64,000 nt of DNA. It comes from Microscillaceae bacterium (GTDB lineage: Bacteria > Bacteroidota > Bacteroidia > Cytophagales > Microscillaceae). Below the pieces are notes generated by a model, which had not been told where the DNA came from, made no database searches, and saw only the letters and a program-made list of their open reading frames with translations. The DNA lies in NCBI GenBank assembly GCA_012031215.1, contig JAAUUB010000001.1, forward strand, positions 34,395-98,394, written 5' to 3'. Positions 31,021 to 41,397 of the stretch are shown here, one piece after another (position 1 is the first letter of the stretch; every line of letters starts with the position of its first letter). The translations under genes and the position numbers were made by a program.

Positions 31021-31571
31021 TAGCTTATTCTCTCAATCAGTTTTAAGCGTTTTTGGAGCAAACGCCGGGCTTTGGCCAGGTTCGACTTTGAGGTGCCTAC
31101 CTGAATACCCAGTTGGGCCGCAATTTCTTCGTGCTTGAATCCCTCCATCACAAACAAATTAAACACCATGCGATAGGCCGGGGGAAGGCCTTGCACCAAT
31201 TCTAGCAGTACTTTTTCATTCATCTCTCCCCAAACTGAGGCTTCTACTGCGGGGGGGAGGCTTGTGTCTAGTGAACTGGTGGGGGTTTGTCTTTGATGAC
31301 GACGAAAATAGTCGATGGCGGTATTGATAAAAATCCGACGTAGCCAAAGCTCGAAAGGCTTTTCCGAATCATACTTATCAAGTTTGGTAAATACTTTTAA
31401 AAAGCCATCATTGAGCATTTCTTGTGCCTCTTCCAGATTGGCGGCATAGCGCAATGCGATACTCATCGCCAGGCCAAAAAACTGCTGATACAATAACTTT
31501 TGGCTTTGTCGGTCGCCTTGGCGGCAACCCAGGAGTAGTTTTTGCAAAAGAACAGGGTCGAGCTTGGCCAT
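31020..31571 (-). CDS. ECF-type RNA polymerase sigma-70 factor
   Basis: Sigma-70 region 2 (FFGLAMSIALRYAANLEEAQEMLNDGFLKVF) and region 4 HTH (YRMVFNLFVMEGFKHEEIAAQLGIQVGTSKSNLAKAR). Confidence 0.85.
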   Translation of the reverse strand: MAKLDPVLLQKLLLGCRQGDRQSQKLLYQQFFGLAMSIALRYAANLEEAQEMLNDGFLKVFTKLDKYDSEKPFELWLRRIFINTAIDYFRRHQRQTPTSSLDTSLPPAVEASVWGEMNEKVLLELVQGLPPAYRMVFNLFVMEGFKHEEIAAQLGIQVGTSKSNLAKARRLLQKRLKLIERIS

Positions 31572-31696
31572 GCTGTCTAGAGTTTGGCGAATGAGTAAAC
31601 AATGATGTAATTTTATCAAAGTTAGCGAAAAGCTACAAAATTTATCCACAGGCTAGGATTTTTATATTGGAGTAGCCAATAATTATTCCGGCCGAT

Positions 31697-31954
31697 TTAG
31701 TCTTGCAAAGCCTTTTCAGGAGGCTGAGGGAGAGGATACTGTCGGCGGAGTTGATTGAGTAAAAATTTTTTTTGGGCCGTAAAACTATTGGGATGCACTT
31801 CGTCGAAGAGTGTCCTGAGGGATGCCCATTTTTTCGGCTCAGCCTGTTGGAAATCCTGGGCCGAAATTTTTTTTTCATTCAAATACTGCTCAAAACTTTG
31901 CATATACTTGGTAAAGGAAGCGTGCTTTTTTCTTAATCTACAAAAAGAGGGCAA
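31697..31954 (-). CDS. Small hypothetical protein
   Basis: 85-aa ORF between divergent genes, charged and helical. Weak support. Confidence 0.3.
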   Translation of the reverse strand: MPSFCRLRKKHASFTKYMQSFEQYLNEKKISAQDFQQAEPKKWASLRTLFDEVHPNSFTAQKKFLLNQLRRQYPLPQPPEKALQD

Positions 31955-32076
31955 TTATGACAAATTTTCTTTGCCAAAGCGAAGGTTCGTCCTAATTTTC
32001 ATTGTATTGTTAAATGCAATCTTTAATTTGTTATATTTGTTCGAAAATAGTTCAGACTTTAAAAATTGAGCAGGCA

Positions 32077-33045
32077 ATGCTGAAAGACAGAATTTTAATC
32101 ATTGGGGCATTTGGACAGTTGGGCACGGAACTTACCCAGGTTTTGGGCCAGCACTATGGGTCGGAAAATGTGGTTCTGGCCGATATTCGCAAGCCTGCCC
32201 TCTCAAATGGGCTTGCCTCTATGCATCCCTTTGAACCTTTAAATGTAATGGAGAACAAACAGCTGGGGCAGGTAATTGAAAAATATCAGATTACGCAAAT
32301 CTACCATTTGGCCGCCGTGCTTTCGGCCAGTGGTGAGCAAGACCCTTTTTTGCCTGGCAACTCAACATGGACGGAACCCTTAATGTGCTGGCGGCCGCCC
32401 TGGAGAAAGGGGTGCAGAAGGTGTTTTTCCCTAGCTCTATTGCAGTATTTGGTCCCACGACCCCGCGCCAGCATACGCCCCAGTTTACCATTATGGAGCC
32501 TACCACGGTGTATGGCATTAGCAAACAAGCAGGCGAACGCTGGGCCGAATACTATTTTCGGCGATATGGCCTGGATGTGCGAGGCCTTCGCTATCCTGGA
32601 TTGATTAGCTATAAAACCCCCCCCCGGAGGCGGCACCACCGATTACGCGGTGGCCATATTTCACCAGGCTTTGGCAGGAAAGCCTTTTCGTTGCTTTTTG
32701 GGGCCAGAGACGTATTTGCCTATGATGTATATGCCCGATGCAGTGAGAGCCACTTGTGAATTGATGGAGGCCGAGGCTTCCAAAATACAGGTGCGGAGTG
32801 CTTATAATTTAGGGGCCTTGTCTTTCTCTCCCCGGGAAATTTCTTCGGCTTTGCAGCATCATTTTCCCGATTTTGAAGTGATGTATGAGCCAGATTTTCG
32901 CCAGGCCATTGCGGATAGCTGGCCACAAAGCATTGATGACAGCAGGGCCCGCCAGGATTGGGGCTGGCAACCAGCTTATGACCTGGATGCCCTCGTGGAT
33001 GATATGCTGGCCCATCTCCGGAAGGCCTCTGTTGAGATGCTTTAA
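32077..33045 (+). CDS. tdh: L-threonine 3-dehydrogenase (NAD-dependent epimerase/dehydratase-family type). Two frameshifts: a T-run near 32345 and a C9 run near 32625.
   Basis: N-terminal Rossmann GAFGQLGTEL. Three consecutive ORFs read continuously in sense (…ASGEQDP|AWQLNMDGTLNVL…YGISKQAGE…|PGGGTTDYAVAIFHQAL…). Confidence 0.8.
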
Positions 33046-33064
33046 ACCTTCCTCTTCCATAAAA

Positions 33065-33092
33065 AAAGCCCTTGCGCTGGCAAAGGCTTTTT
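33065..33092. terminator. Bidirectional hairpin terminator between convergent tdh and the OmpA-family gene
   Basis: A7 - AAAGCC…GGCTTT hairpin - T5. Sits between a plus-strand stop (33045) and a minus-strand stop (33118). Confidence 0.45.
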
Positions 33093-33117
33093 ATTGTGTA
33101 GGTCAAATCAAAAATGA

Positions 33118-34866
33118 CTATTTCAGTATCCTAAACTCCGTGCGTCGGTTGAGGGCTCGATTGGCCGGTGAATCATTGGGCACAGAAGGTTCCGTGAAGC
33201 TATATCCTTTTACCTCAATGCGGTTAGCATCTACGCCGCGCTCAATCAGGTAGTTGGAAACAGCCTTGGCCCGACGCTCAGAGAGGGCCTGGTTGTAGGC
33301 CAGTGAGCCAATGTTGCAGGTGTGGCCGCCCAGTTCAATGCGTATCTGTGGGTTGTCGGTCAGGAATTGGTATAGATTATTGACAGATTCCTGGGCATCA
33401 GGGCGAAGATTGCTGGCATCAAAATTAAACAAGACCTTGAAAGCAAAATTAGGAGTAGGTACTTCCTGAATCCGGGCCGAGGGAGGTGCTGTCAGGGTAA
33501 GGCCCGAAAGGTCGAGCGGGTCAAGGGAACGTTTGGGCGCAGAGAGGGAATATATATCCTCAAAACCATAGCCGGTGGGGTCATCAGAAACATAAAAACC
33601 TTTGCGGTTGTCTTCGGTAATGACCAAGTGCACATCATCATCAGGGCCATTGATAGGAAAGCCCATATTTTCTGGTTCGGCCCATTTATCGCTTCCAGCG
33701 CGATTGGCCTTGAAAACATCATATCCACCCATTGTGCTATGGCCACGCGAGCTAAAATAAAGGGTTTGCCCATCTATCGAGATAAATGGCGCATCATCAT
33801 CTTCGGGGGTGTTGATAGGCTGGCCGAGGTTTACGGCTGGCCCCCAGTTTTCGCCGTCGGTGCGCTCACTTTTATAGATATCGAGGCCACCAAGCCCGCC
33901 AGGGCGGTCGCTGGCAAAATACATGGTTTTTCCATCGGCGGAGATAGAAAGGGAGGTTTCCTGATATTTGGTATTGATATTTTCATTTAGCTTCACGGGC
34001 TCTTTCCAGGTTTGTGTGGCGGCATCATATTCCGAGACGTACAAATCGCCCTGGGTTTTGCGGTCATCACGATAGAGATAAAGCTTTTTACCATCCGAAG
34101 AGAGGGCCGCGCCCGCATCGTGATATTTGCGATTCAAGTTGAGTTGCTGAGAACCAGTGTATTTGCCTTGATTGTAGGCCGCCTGGTAAATATCTTCATA
34201 AAAGAAGTCGTCGCCAAAATCACGTCTTCCACCCGTAGTGCCTTCTTTTCGAGAGGTATAAACCAGGAAAGAAGAATCGCGTGGGATAAGCGGAACATAA
34301 TCGGGCTGGTCAGAATTAACTTCCGGCCCCAGGTTCTCGATAAAAGCATTGACAGGCTGTTGTTGGAAAGCCAGGCCATTTTCACATTCTTTGATTCTTT
34401 TGTCGGTCAGACTGAGCATTTCGGTAGTACGGCTGAGTTGGCGTTGTTTTTCCTTTTCCTTCATGTTTTCGCTCCCAATCCGGCTCTTTTCCTGCTCATA
34501 TACCCCTTTTGATTCCTGGTAATACTTCTTAGCCGTTTCGAAATCGCCCCTAACGTGATAGGCCTGGCCCAGGCGATATTTTAAGTCGGCATTGTAGCTG
34601 GGATTGGCATCGTGCACCTTTGTAAGATAAGGCAGGGCTTCCCGCTTGCTGGCCGAGTTGAGGTAACAGACCCCAATCTGAAAATTGTATTCCAGATTAT
34701 CCGGGTAAGACTTAAGCAACTGTTGATAAATCTCGATGGCTGTTGCATACTCTTTATACTTCATCGTGATTTTGGCATCCCGCGCCAGTGCTTTTTCGCT
34801 CTGGGCTTGTATCAAGGATGGCCAAAGAAGACAAGTAATATGAACCAAAAGAAGAAATTTTTTCAT
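33118..34866 (-). CDS. OmpA-family outer-membrane protein with N-terminal TPR repeats and a TolB-like (PD40) beta-propeller
   Basis: Signal peptide. TPR-like helices in the first 150 aa. WD40-like/PD40 repeats (…DGK.LYF.S.R…). C-terminal OmpA domain (…ELGGHTCNIGSLAYNQALSERRAKAV…NRRTEF). Confidence 0.8.
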   Translation of the reverse strand: MKKFLLLVHITCLLWPSLIQAQSEKALARDAKITMKYKEYATAIEIYQQLLKSYPDNLEYNFQIGVCYLNSASKREALPYLTKVHDANPSYNADLKYRLGQAYHVRGDFETAKKYYQESKGVYEQEKSRIGSENMKEKEKQRQLSRTTEMLSLTDKRIKECENGLAFQQQPVNAFIENLGPEVNSDQPDYVPLIPRDSSFLVYTSRKEGTTGGRRDFGDDFFYEDIYQAAYNQGKYTGSQQLNLNRKYHDAGAALSSDGKKLYLYRDDRKTQGDLYVSEYDAATQTWKEPVKLNENINTKYQETSLSISADGKTMYFASDRPGGLGGLDIYKSERTDGENWGPAVNLGQPINTPEDDDAPFISIDGQTLYFSSRGHSTMGGYDVFKANRAGSDKWAEPENMGFPINGPDDDVHLVITEDNRKGFYVSDDPTGYGFEDIYSLSAPKRSLDPLDLSGLTLTAPPSARIQEVPTPNFAFKVLFNFDASNLRPDAQESVNNLYQFLTDNPQIRIELGGHTCNIGSLAYNQALSERRAKAVSNYLIERGVDANRIEVKGYSFTEPSVPNDSPANRALNRRTEFRILK

Positions 34867-34967
34867 AACCTAAAATTATTTTGGACAATTCGTATGTGAT
34901 TAAGTCTGCCAACAAAAACAATAAAACCTCCGCAAGCCCTGCTTGGACAAGCTTTTGGCACTCAAGG

Positions 34968-36016
34968 CTAAAACCGACTTTTGTATCGGGGATAGCGCTT
35001 AGTGGTCAGGATATAGTTTAAATGGAACCCGGTTACGATATACATATCATTTTCGGAAGGCGTGTTCCCCCTAATCTGACCCCTCAGCCCATAGCTGGCC
35101 CAGCGGGTAAAGCCCGGAAAATCGGCCAGGATAGATTCATTGCCCTGGTCAATGCCATAGAGCGAAGTAGCAAAACCAGTGGCTGCGTTGGGGGTGCGGG
35201 TGTCCCCTGTCAGCACCCCTACGGATTCGGCGGAGCGGTCATACATCGTCCGGGCCAGGTCGCTTTCCAAATCGCGAATATCGGGATAACGCCCTCCCAC
35301 ATCATCGATATGGTCAAAAAACAAAAGGCGAAAAGCCATTTCAAAAGAAAGGTCGAGGCGGTCGCTGAGGCGGAAACGTACCCCATAGCCCAAGGGTACG
35401 GCCATCTGAATAAGCGAATACTGAGAGTCGTATTGGGTGCCCGCATCAGGGCCAAACTGGCGGCTAAGCCCCTGGCCTTCGGTACGAAGGGGGCGTAGGT
35501 TACCCATTCGCCAGCTTCGGGACCGTTGAAAGTATCGGGCACTTTGCCCTTTGGATTGTGATAGAAACCACCGATTCCGGCCAAAAGATAGGGAGAAATA
35601 TAGCGACGACGATAGAAACGGCCCCGGCTAGGCAAGAACTCATAAATCAACACCGCAGATAGCTCATATACATCGTTCCGAAAGGAAAGATTGCGCCCCC
35701 AGCGGCCAATGCTTTGTTCTTTGGCTGGGTCGGCGGCTTCATTGTCGTCGCCTTTGAGGCGGCCATAGCTGAAGGCCCCCCGTAAATGAAAACGAGAACC
35801 TATTTTTTTGCTTACCTCAAGGCCAAAATTTGGACGGGTAAATTTGATTTCGGTACTGAAGATATTGGTGAGCGGGGCCAAATCACCAAAATAATTAAAG
35901 GTATTGAGCGATAGCCCGACCGACCAGTAGTTATCCCGGCGTGAAGGCTGTGCACTAGCCACTTGGATAAAAACAAAAAATACCCCGAAAATTACCAAGA
36001 GTCTAAATCTTCTCAT
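34968..36016 (-). CDS. Outer-membrane beta-barrel protein (DUF6089-like). Frameshift in a G/C run near 35505-35515.
   Basis: Signal peptide. Alternating amphipathic strands with Y/F-G motifs in both ORFs (35219..36016 N-terminal and 34968..35507 C-terminal). Confidence 0.5.
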
Positions 36017-36364
36017 GTTCCGATTGTTTAGATAAATGCTTGAGATAATTACAAAAACAAGATTTGGCGTAAAAATAAAAATATTTTCAATGATACCGAC
36101 TGCCTTAAGTTAATTTTGCGCTATGCCAAACTTGGATTAAACATCAAAAAAAAGCTCCTACAAAAGAAAATTGGGCCTCAAACCTAAACCAATGTTACAT
36201 AATTGCACACAAATTCTTGCTTTCGGGTGTGCTTTGGTTCTTTTTTATCAAAGAATAATTTTTCAAAAAAAGTAATATTAACAAAAAAATAATCTTGAAT
36301 TCACCACCGGGTGATTCTCTGTTAAGTTGCTTTTTTTCAATCAAGACGCTGAAATCTTTTCTTA

Positions 36365-37549
36365 ATGATGCGCAATTTAAATGACCTTTGTCGTATTTCC
36401 CAAAAAGATTCCTTGTGTATTTTGGGTTTGATGTCGGGCACTTCCCTGGATGGCTTGGATTTAGCCCTTTGTCATTTTGCGGGATGGGGCACTTCGCTAT
36501 CCTGGCAGGTCGAGAAAGCAGTCACCATTCCCTATCCGGCTGAGATACAAACCGAATTGCGGACGGTATTTGCCCAAGCCCAGGCCGGTTTGGAGAAAAT
36601 CTGTTTATTGCACGCTCGCTTAGGTCAGTGGTATGCCCAAACGGTAGGCGATACCCTGGCGGCTTGGGACATTTCTCCGCAAACCCTGGATGCTATTGCC
36701 AGCCATGGCCAAACCATTTATCATGCGCCCTGCCATCAACACGGCCAGCCCAAGCAGCCAAATGCCAGCCTACAAATTGGCGATGCCGACCGCATTGCCT
36801 TTCAAACCGGGGTCATCACACTGGCTGATTTTCGCCAGAAACACCTGGCTGCCGGCGGGGAGGGTGCCCCCTTGGCCGTTTATGGCGATTATCACCTTTT
36901 TTTTAGTACTTCGGAAAACCGGTTTTTGCTTAACATAGGGGGGATTGCCAACTTTACCTATCTGCCCGCCGGAGGAAAACCCACGCAAATTCAGTACAGC
37001 GATACGGGCCCCGGCAATACACTCATTGATGCCGCCATGCGCAAATGGTTTGCGCCCAGCCAATATGACGAAAACGGGCAAACGGCCCAAAGGGGCAAGA
37101 TAAATTTACCTTTGCTGGCCCAGCTCAAAATGCAGCCTTTTTTTGCCAAACCGCTGCCCAAGACTACCGGGGGGGAGGTTTTTTATCTGCAATGGGCCGA
37201 ATCACAAGCCCAGCGCCTCAGCCTTGGCCCAATTTTGCCCGAAGACTGGGTGGCCACTTTGAGCCAGTTGACCATAGAAACCGTGGCCCGGGCCATCCAA
37301 GAAACAGCCCTCCAAGGGGCAGTCTATGTGAGCGGGGGGGGAGTACATAATCGTTTTTTGATGGAAGGCCTGCAAAGGGTTTTGCCTGATTTTAATATCC
37401 GGCCTCTGGAAGCCTTGGGGGTATCGTCGGAGGCCAAGGAGGCTTTGCTTTTTGCTTTTTTAGCCTATCGTACAATCCGGGGCGATGCCACCGATTTTGG
37501 CTTGGGTTTGCCTTCGGTCAGTTTTGGCAAAATTTCCCTGCCCTATTAG
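36365..37549 (+). CDS. anmK: Anhydro-N-acetylmuramic acid kinase
   Basis: GLMSGTSLDGLDLAL N-terminal ASKHA motif and the overall AnmK length/pattern. Confidence 0.9.
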   Translation: MMRNLNDLCRISQKDSLCILGLMSGTSLDGLDLALCHFAGWGTSLSWQVEKAVTIPYPAEIQTELRTVFAQAQAGLEKICLLHARLGQWYAQTVGDTLAAWDISPQTLDAIASHGQTIYHAPCHQHGQPKQPNASLQIGDADRIAFQTGVITLADFRQKHLAAGGEGAPLAVYGDYHLFFSTSENRFLLNIGGIANFTYLPAGGKPTQIQYSDTGPGNTLIDAAMRKWFAPSQYDENGQTAQRGKINLPLLAQLKMQPFFAKPLPKTTGGEVFYLQWAESQAQRLSLGPILPEDWVATLSQLTIETVARAIQETALQGAVYVSGGGVHNRFLMEGLQRVLPDFNIRPLEALGVSSEAKEALLFAFLAYRTIRGDATDFGLGLPSVSFGKISLPY

Positions 37550-37550
37550 T

Positions 37551-38189
37551 TTAGGATTCGGCTTCGTAGGTTTCGGGATTTTCCAATTCAGCCAGGCAGG
37601 TTTTCATTTCGTCGAGGTAGCGGCCGTAGAGTTTTCGCAAATACCATTTTAGCAAAGGATACAAGAGGCCTGTGAGCAAGAGAGCCGTCAGTCCGGCAAT
37701 GAGCATGATTTTCCAATCGTAGGCTCTTGAAAGCTGATTTTGCGGAGTTTGCAGGGTAAAGCCGTAGTAAAAGCCAATCAGCGCGCCGATGGGAGCAAGC
37801 CACATATTGCCATACATATAAATTTTGAGATAGCGTTCCAGGGTGCGGATGAGTAATTGCAAGGATTCGCGCAGATTTTGCCCATCCAAGCCAATGCTTG
37901 ATAATTGGCGGTATTTGGCTCCGTAATACAAACCCGATAACAAAGCTACCAACAACATAAAGCCCATAAAGAGGTGCTGAATAGGGTCGTGATAAAAGAA
38001 AAAAAACAGCCCCAGGCCCAGGGTGGCCAGCAGTAACAGGCCGCTTTCCAGACGAATGCTTCGTTTGATGCGGTTGAGGGCCATTTGGGTTTTGCCTCGC
38101 AGAGCAGTCCTGATTTCATCCGGGGGCAGGATATGGTTTTGGTGGAGGGCATTCCAGGCCGATTTAAGTCCTTCTAGTTCTTGCATCAT
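37551..38189 (-). CDS. Membrane protein, possibly an anti-sigma-like partner of the upstream ECF sigma
   Basis: 212 aa. Cytoplasmic N-terminus, then 4 TM helices. Translationally coupled to the ECF sigma gene (overlap at 38186-38189). Confidence 0.5.
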   Translation of the reverse strand: MMQELEGLKSAWNALHQNHILPPDEIRTALRGKTQMALNRIKRSIRLESGLLLLATLGLGLFFFFYHDPIQHLFMGFMLLVALLSGLYYGAKYRQLSSIGLDGQNLRESLQLLIRTLERYLKIYMYGNMWLAPIGALIGFYYGFTLQTPQNQLSRAYDWKIMLIAGLTALLLTGLLYPLLKWYLRKLYGRYLDEMKTCLAELENPETYEAES

Positions 38190-38670
38190 TGCTTGGTTAA
38201 AATCTTTTTGAGTTTATTGCGAATTCGATTCATTTTAACCCGCACATAATTTTGGGTAATGCCTATGGTTTCAGCGATTTCAGCATATTCTTTGTCCTCA
38301 AGGTAGAGCATCATAATGGCGCGCTCTATTTTGGTAAGCTGCTCGATGGCTTGCTTCAGGAAGCGGATTTTTTCTTCATACTCATAATCATAAGGCCGGT
38401 CTGGAATCTGTAAAGAAGCATCAGAAAGGCTCAGACGGGCAGGTTTTCGTTTTTCTTTTCGGAAGAAGGAAATGGCCGTGTTGAGTGCAACCCTATACAT
38501 CCAGGTAGTGATTTTGGCCTCGCCCGAAAGCGTGGATAAGCCTTCCAGAGTTGTATAAGGATTTCCTGAAAAAGGTCGCGGCGTTCTTCTTCATTGTCCA
38601 CATACATCGTACATACCTTGTGTACGATGCCCTGATGTTGGCCAATCAATTCCACAAATTGCTTTTCCAA
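38186..38670 (-). CDS. ECF-type RNA polymerase sigma factor. Frameshift near 38530 (G-run).
   Basis: Region 2 is in ORF 38431..38670 (GIVHKVCTMYVDNEEERRDLFQEILIQLWKAYPRF). Region 4 is in ORF 38186..38500 (…MMLYLEDKEYAEIAETIGITQNYVRVKMNRIRNKL). The two join as PRF-RGEAKITTWMYRVALN. Confidence 0.8.
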
Positions 38671-38713
38671 GATTTGTTTCTTTTTTTGTACGGTCTAATG
38701 GTCGCTTGGACGC

Positions 38714-40519
38714 TTGTTTTGTTACATATCTTGGCCGGGATTTTTTATGAGCATAAGCTATTCACAACTATTTTGGGCCGGGGCACTGGCCTGGTTTCTC
38801 TTCTGGCCTGGCCCTTTGGCGGCCCAATGGCAAACTCGCTTCGAGCAAAGCGAAGGCCGCCAGACTGTAAGCTATGCCGAAGGAATGGACTTTTATGAAA
38901 AACTGGCCCGGGCTTATCCTCAGACCATTCGCTTGGTACCTCAAGGACTTACTGACAGTGGATTGCCTTTGCATACAGTCGTTTTTTCCTATGATGGCAA
39001 TTTTGACCCGGCGCAGGTGAGGGCGCAAAACCGCCCGGTCTGGCTGATAAACAATGCCATTCACGCAGGGGAGCCTGACGGGGTAGAGGCTACCCGCCAA
39101 TTGATGCTGGCCCTGGCTCAAAACCCGGAACTGGCCCGCCAAACGGTGGTGGTGGCCATCCCATTTTATAACATCGGGGGGGTGCTGAATCGTAACCAAA
39201 CTACCCGGGTCAATCAAAACGGGCCAGAAGCCTATGGCTTCAGAGGCAATGCCCGCTACTATGACCTGAACCGGGATTTTATCAAGGCCGATTCTCGCAA
39301 TGCCCTGAGCTTTGCCCAAATCTTCCATACCTGGCAACCCCAACTCTTTCTGGATACCCACGTGAGTAATGGAGCCGATTATCAACACGTCATGACCTAC
39401 ATCGCTACCCAGGCCGACAAGCTGGGCGGCCCGATGGGGCATTATTTGCGCCTTTTCTTTATCCCACAATTAGAGCAAAAAATGGCCGACCGCCAGTTTC
39501 CGATGTGTCCTTATGTGAATGCCTACGGACGAAACCCCTTTCCCGATGGATACCCCCAGTTTTATGATTTGCCACGTTATTCTTCGGGCTATGTCGCTCT
39601 TTTTGCCTGCTTAGGTTTTATTGCCGAAACCCACATGCTCAAGCCTTTTGCCCAAAGAGTAGCCGCTACCTATGCCCTGATGCGCAGTATGTTGGAAATG
39701 AGTGAGGCCGAAGGCGCAAAACTGACCGACCTGCAAAAAAAACAGTACCAAAGCCAGGCACAAAAAGATTCGCTGAAGCTGGACTGGGAAGTCCGTAAGG
39801 ATACGGCTCGCCGCATTGCCTTTGCGGGCTATGCTTCGCGCCGGATTCCCAGCCGGGTAACCACCGGAGAGCGGCTCTTTTATGACCGTACCCAGCCGGT
39901 GCAGGGCGAGATTCCTTTTTATGAGTTTTTTAGCCCTATCCGCCCGGTGCAAAAGCCGATGGCCTATATCCTTCCGCAGGCCTGGACCGAGGTGCTGGAG
40001 CGTTTGCAAGCCAGTGGAGTGCAGTGGAAGCGCCTTCGCCAAGACCAGGAAATACCAGTGGAAGTATATTTTATAGAAAATTACCAAACCCGCACGGCCC
40101 CTTTTGAAGGACATTACCCGCATTTTAATACAGAGGTGCGTTCCGAAAAACAGTTGCTCACCTTTCAAAAAGGGGATTATGTGCTTTGGGTCAATCAACC
40201 CGCCGGGCGATATCTGGTAGAAACCCTGGAGCCCACCGCCCCTGATTCCTTTTTTAACTGGAATTTTTTTGACATCATCTTGCAACAAAAAGAGGGCTAT
40301 TCAGACTATGTTTTTGAAGACCTGGCTGAGCAGCTTCTGAAAGAGGATGCCTCTCTCCGGACGCAGTTTGCGCGCAAGATGCAAGAAGACCAGGCTTTTG
40401 CCCAGAACCCCGAGGCGCAATTGGACTACATTTACCAGCATTCTGTGTATCGCGAGCCAGGCTATAGGCGCTATCCTGTTTTCCGGCTCCATCAGGAATT
40501 GCCCCTGGCCACCGAATAA
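38714..40519 (+). CDS. Secreted M14-family zinc carboxypeptidase-like protein
   Basis: Signal peptide. HxxE zinc motif (IHAGEPDG), with a downstream His and an N/D-rich substrate pocket region. About 600 aa. Confidence 0.55.
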   Translation: MFCYISWPGFFMSISYSQLFWAGALAWFLFWPGPLAAQWQTRFEQSEGRQTVSYAEGMDFYEKLARAYPQTIRLVPQGLTDSGLPLHTVVFSYDGNFDPAQVRAQNRPVWLINNAIHAGEPDGVEATRQLMLALAQNPELARQTVVVAIPFYNIGGVLNRNQTTRVNQNGPEAYGFRGNARYYDLNRDFIKADSRNALSFAQIFHTWQPQLFLDTHVSNGADYQHVMTYIATQADKLGGPMGHYLRLFFIPQLEQKMADRQFPMCPYVNAYGRNPFPDGYPQFYDLPRYSSGYVALFACLGFIAETHMLKPFAQRVAATYALMRSMLEMSEAEGAKLTDLQKKQYQSQAQKDSLKLDWEVRKDTARRIAFAGYASRRIPSRVTTGERLFYDRTQPVQGEIPFYEFFSPIRPVQKPMAYILPQAWTEVLERLQASGVQWKRLRQDQEIPVEVYFIENYQTRTAPFEGHYPHFNTEVRSEKQLLTFQKGDYVLWVNQPAGRYLVETLEPTAPDSFFNWNFFDIILQQKEGYSDYVFEDLAEQLLKEDASLRTQFARKMQEDQAFAQNPEAQLDYIYQHSVYREPGYRRYPVFRLHQELPLATE

Positions 40520-40620
40520 CCATTTTGCAGAAGGCCTGCTGCCCGACAAGTTTCAAAAGGATACAAGCAGACTTGGCAGCCTGGCAAATTCTTGCTATTT
40601 TTATCAAAATGCTCAAAAAA

Positions 40621-41336
40621 TGGATGTAAACCCTAAACCCTGGCAAGATGTCTGGCGAGATTTACAGGATGTCTGGAAACGCAATGTGGAAGACAAGGAC
40701 ATTTGGCAAAACCTGAACCAGGAGTGGCGGCGCTTGTTTGCGCCGGCGCAACAGTGGTGGGATGGTCTTACGCCGGTCTGGAAAACGGCATTGAAAGCCC
40801 AGCTTCATATTTTTGATGCCGGGCATACCCCCAGTGAAGAAGAGCTAAAAAAAATAATGGCTTTGCAAAAGCTTCATCTGGCTGATTCTGAAATCAATGA
40901 TTTAGTACCTCTGAAGCCATTGCGCTACCTCCAATACCTTGACCTGAGCAGTACGGCGGTGCTAGACCTGAAACCGCTGGCCCTCTTGCCCAGTTTGGTG
41001 CATATAGAAGCAGCCAATACCCGTATTTATGACCTGAAGCCGCTCAAAAAGCTCAAAAACCTGCGTTATCTGGAAGTGAGTATGACGGATGTGGAGGATT
41101 TGGCTCCGCTCAAAGTGCTGGCACAACTGAAAGCCCTGCGCTGCAACCATACCTATGTCCGAAGCCTGAAGCCCCTCTATGGCCTGCGCAAGCTCGAAAG
41201 CCTGCATTGCCAAAGCACGCCTCTTACAGCGCGGGCAGTAAGGGCTTTTCAGCGGCGATTTCCCCAAGCAGAATTGGTCTTTCATTTTGAAGAGAAAACC
41301 CGCTCAAAACCCTGGTGGCGGTGGTTGGGGATTTAG
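40621..41336 (+). CDS. Leucine-rich-repeat protein
   Basis: At least six 22-aa LRRs (LKPLxxLxxLxxLDLSxTxVxDLxPL). The upstream part of ORF 40347.. overlaps the peptidase gene and is excluded. Confidence 0.6.
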
Positions 41337-41397
41337 TGCAAGCGATAAAAATTATAAAACTCAGTAGAAATTAATTTGAATCAGTAAACTCACGAAG

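Noticed and set aside
40347-40620. 5' extension of the LRR ORF overlapping the M14 peptidase gene by 170 nt
   Set aside because: The extension is out of frame with, but inside, the peptidase CDS, and reads as Arg/Pro-rich nonsense. The LRR gene more plausibly starts at ATG 40621 (MDVNPKPW…).
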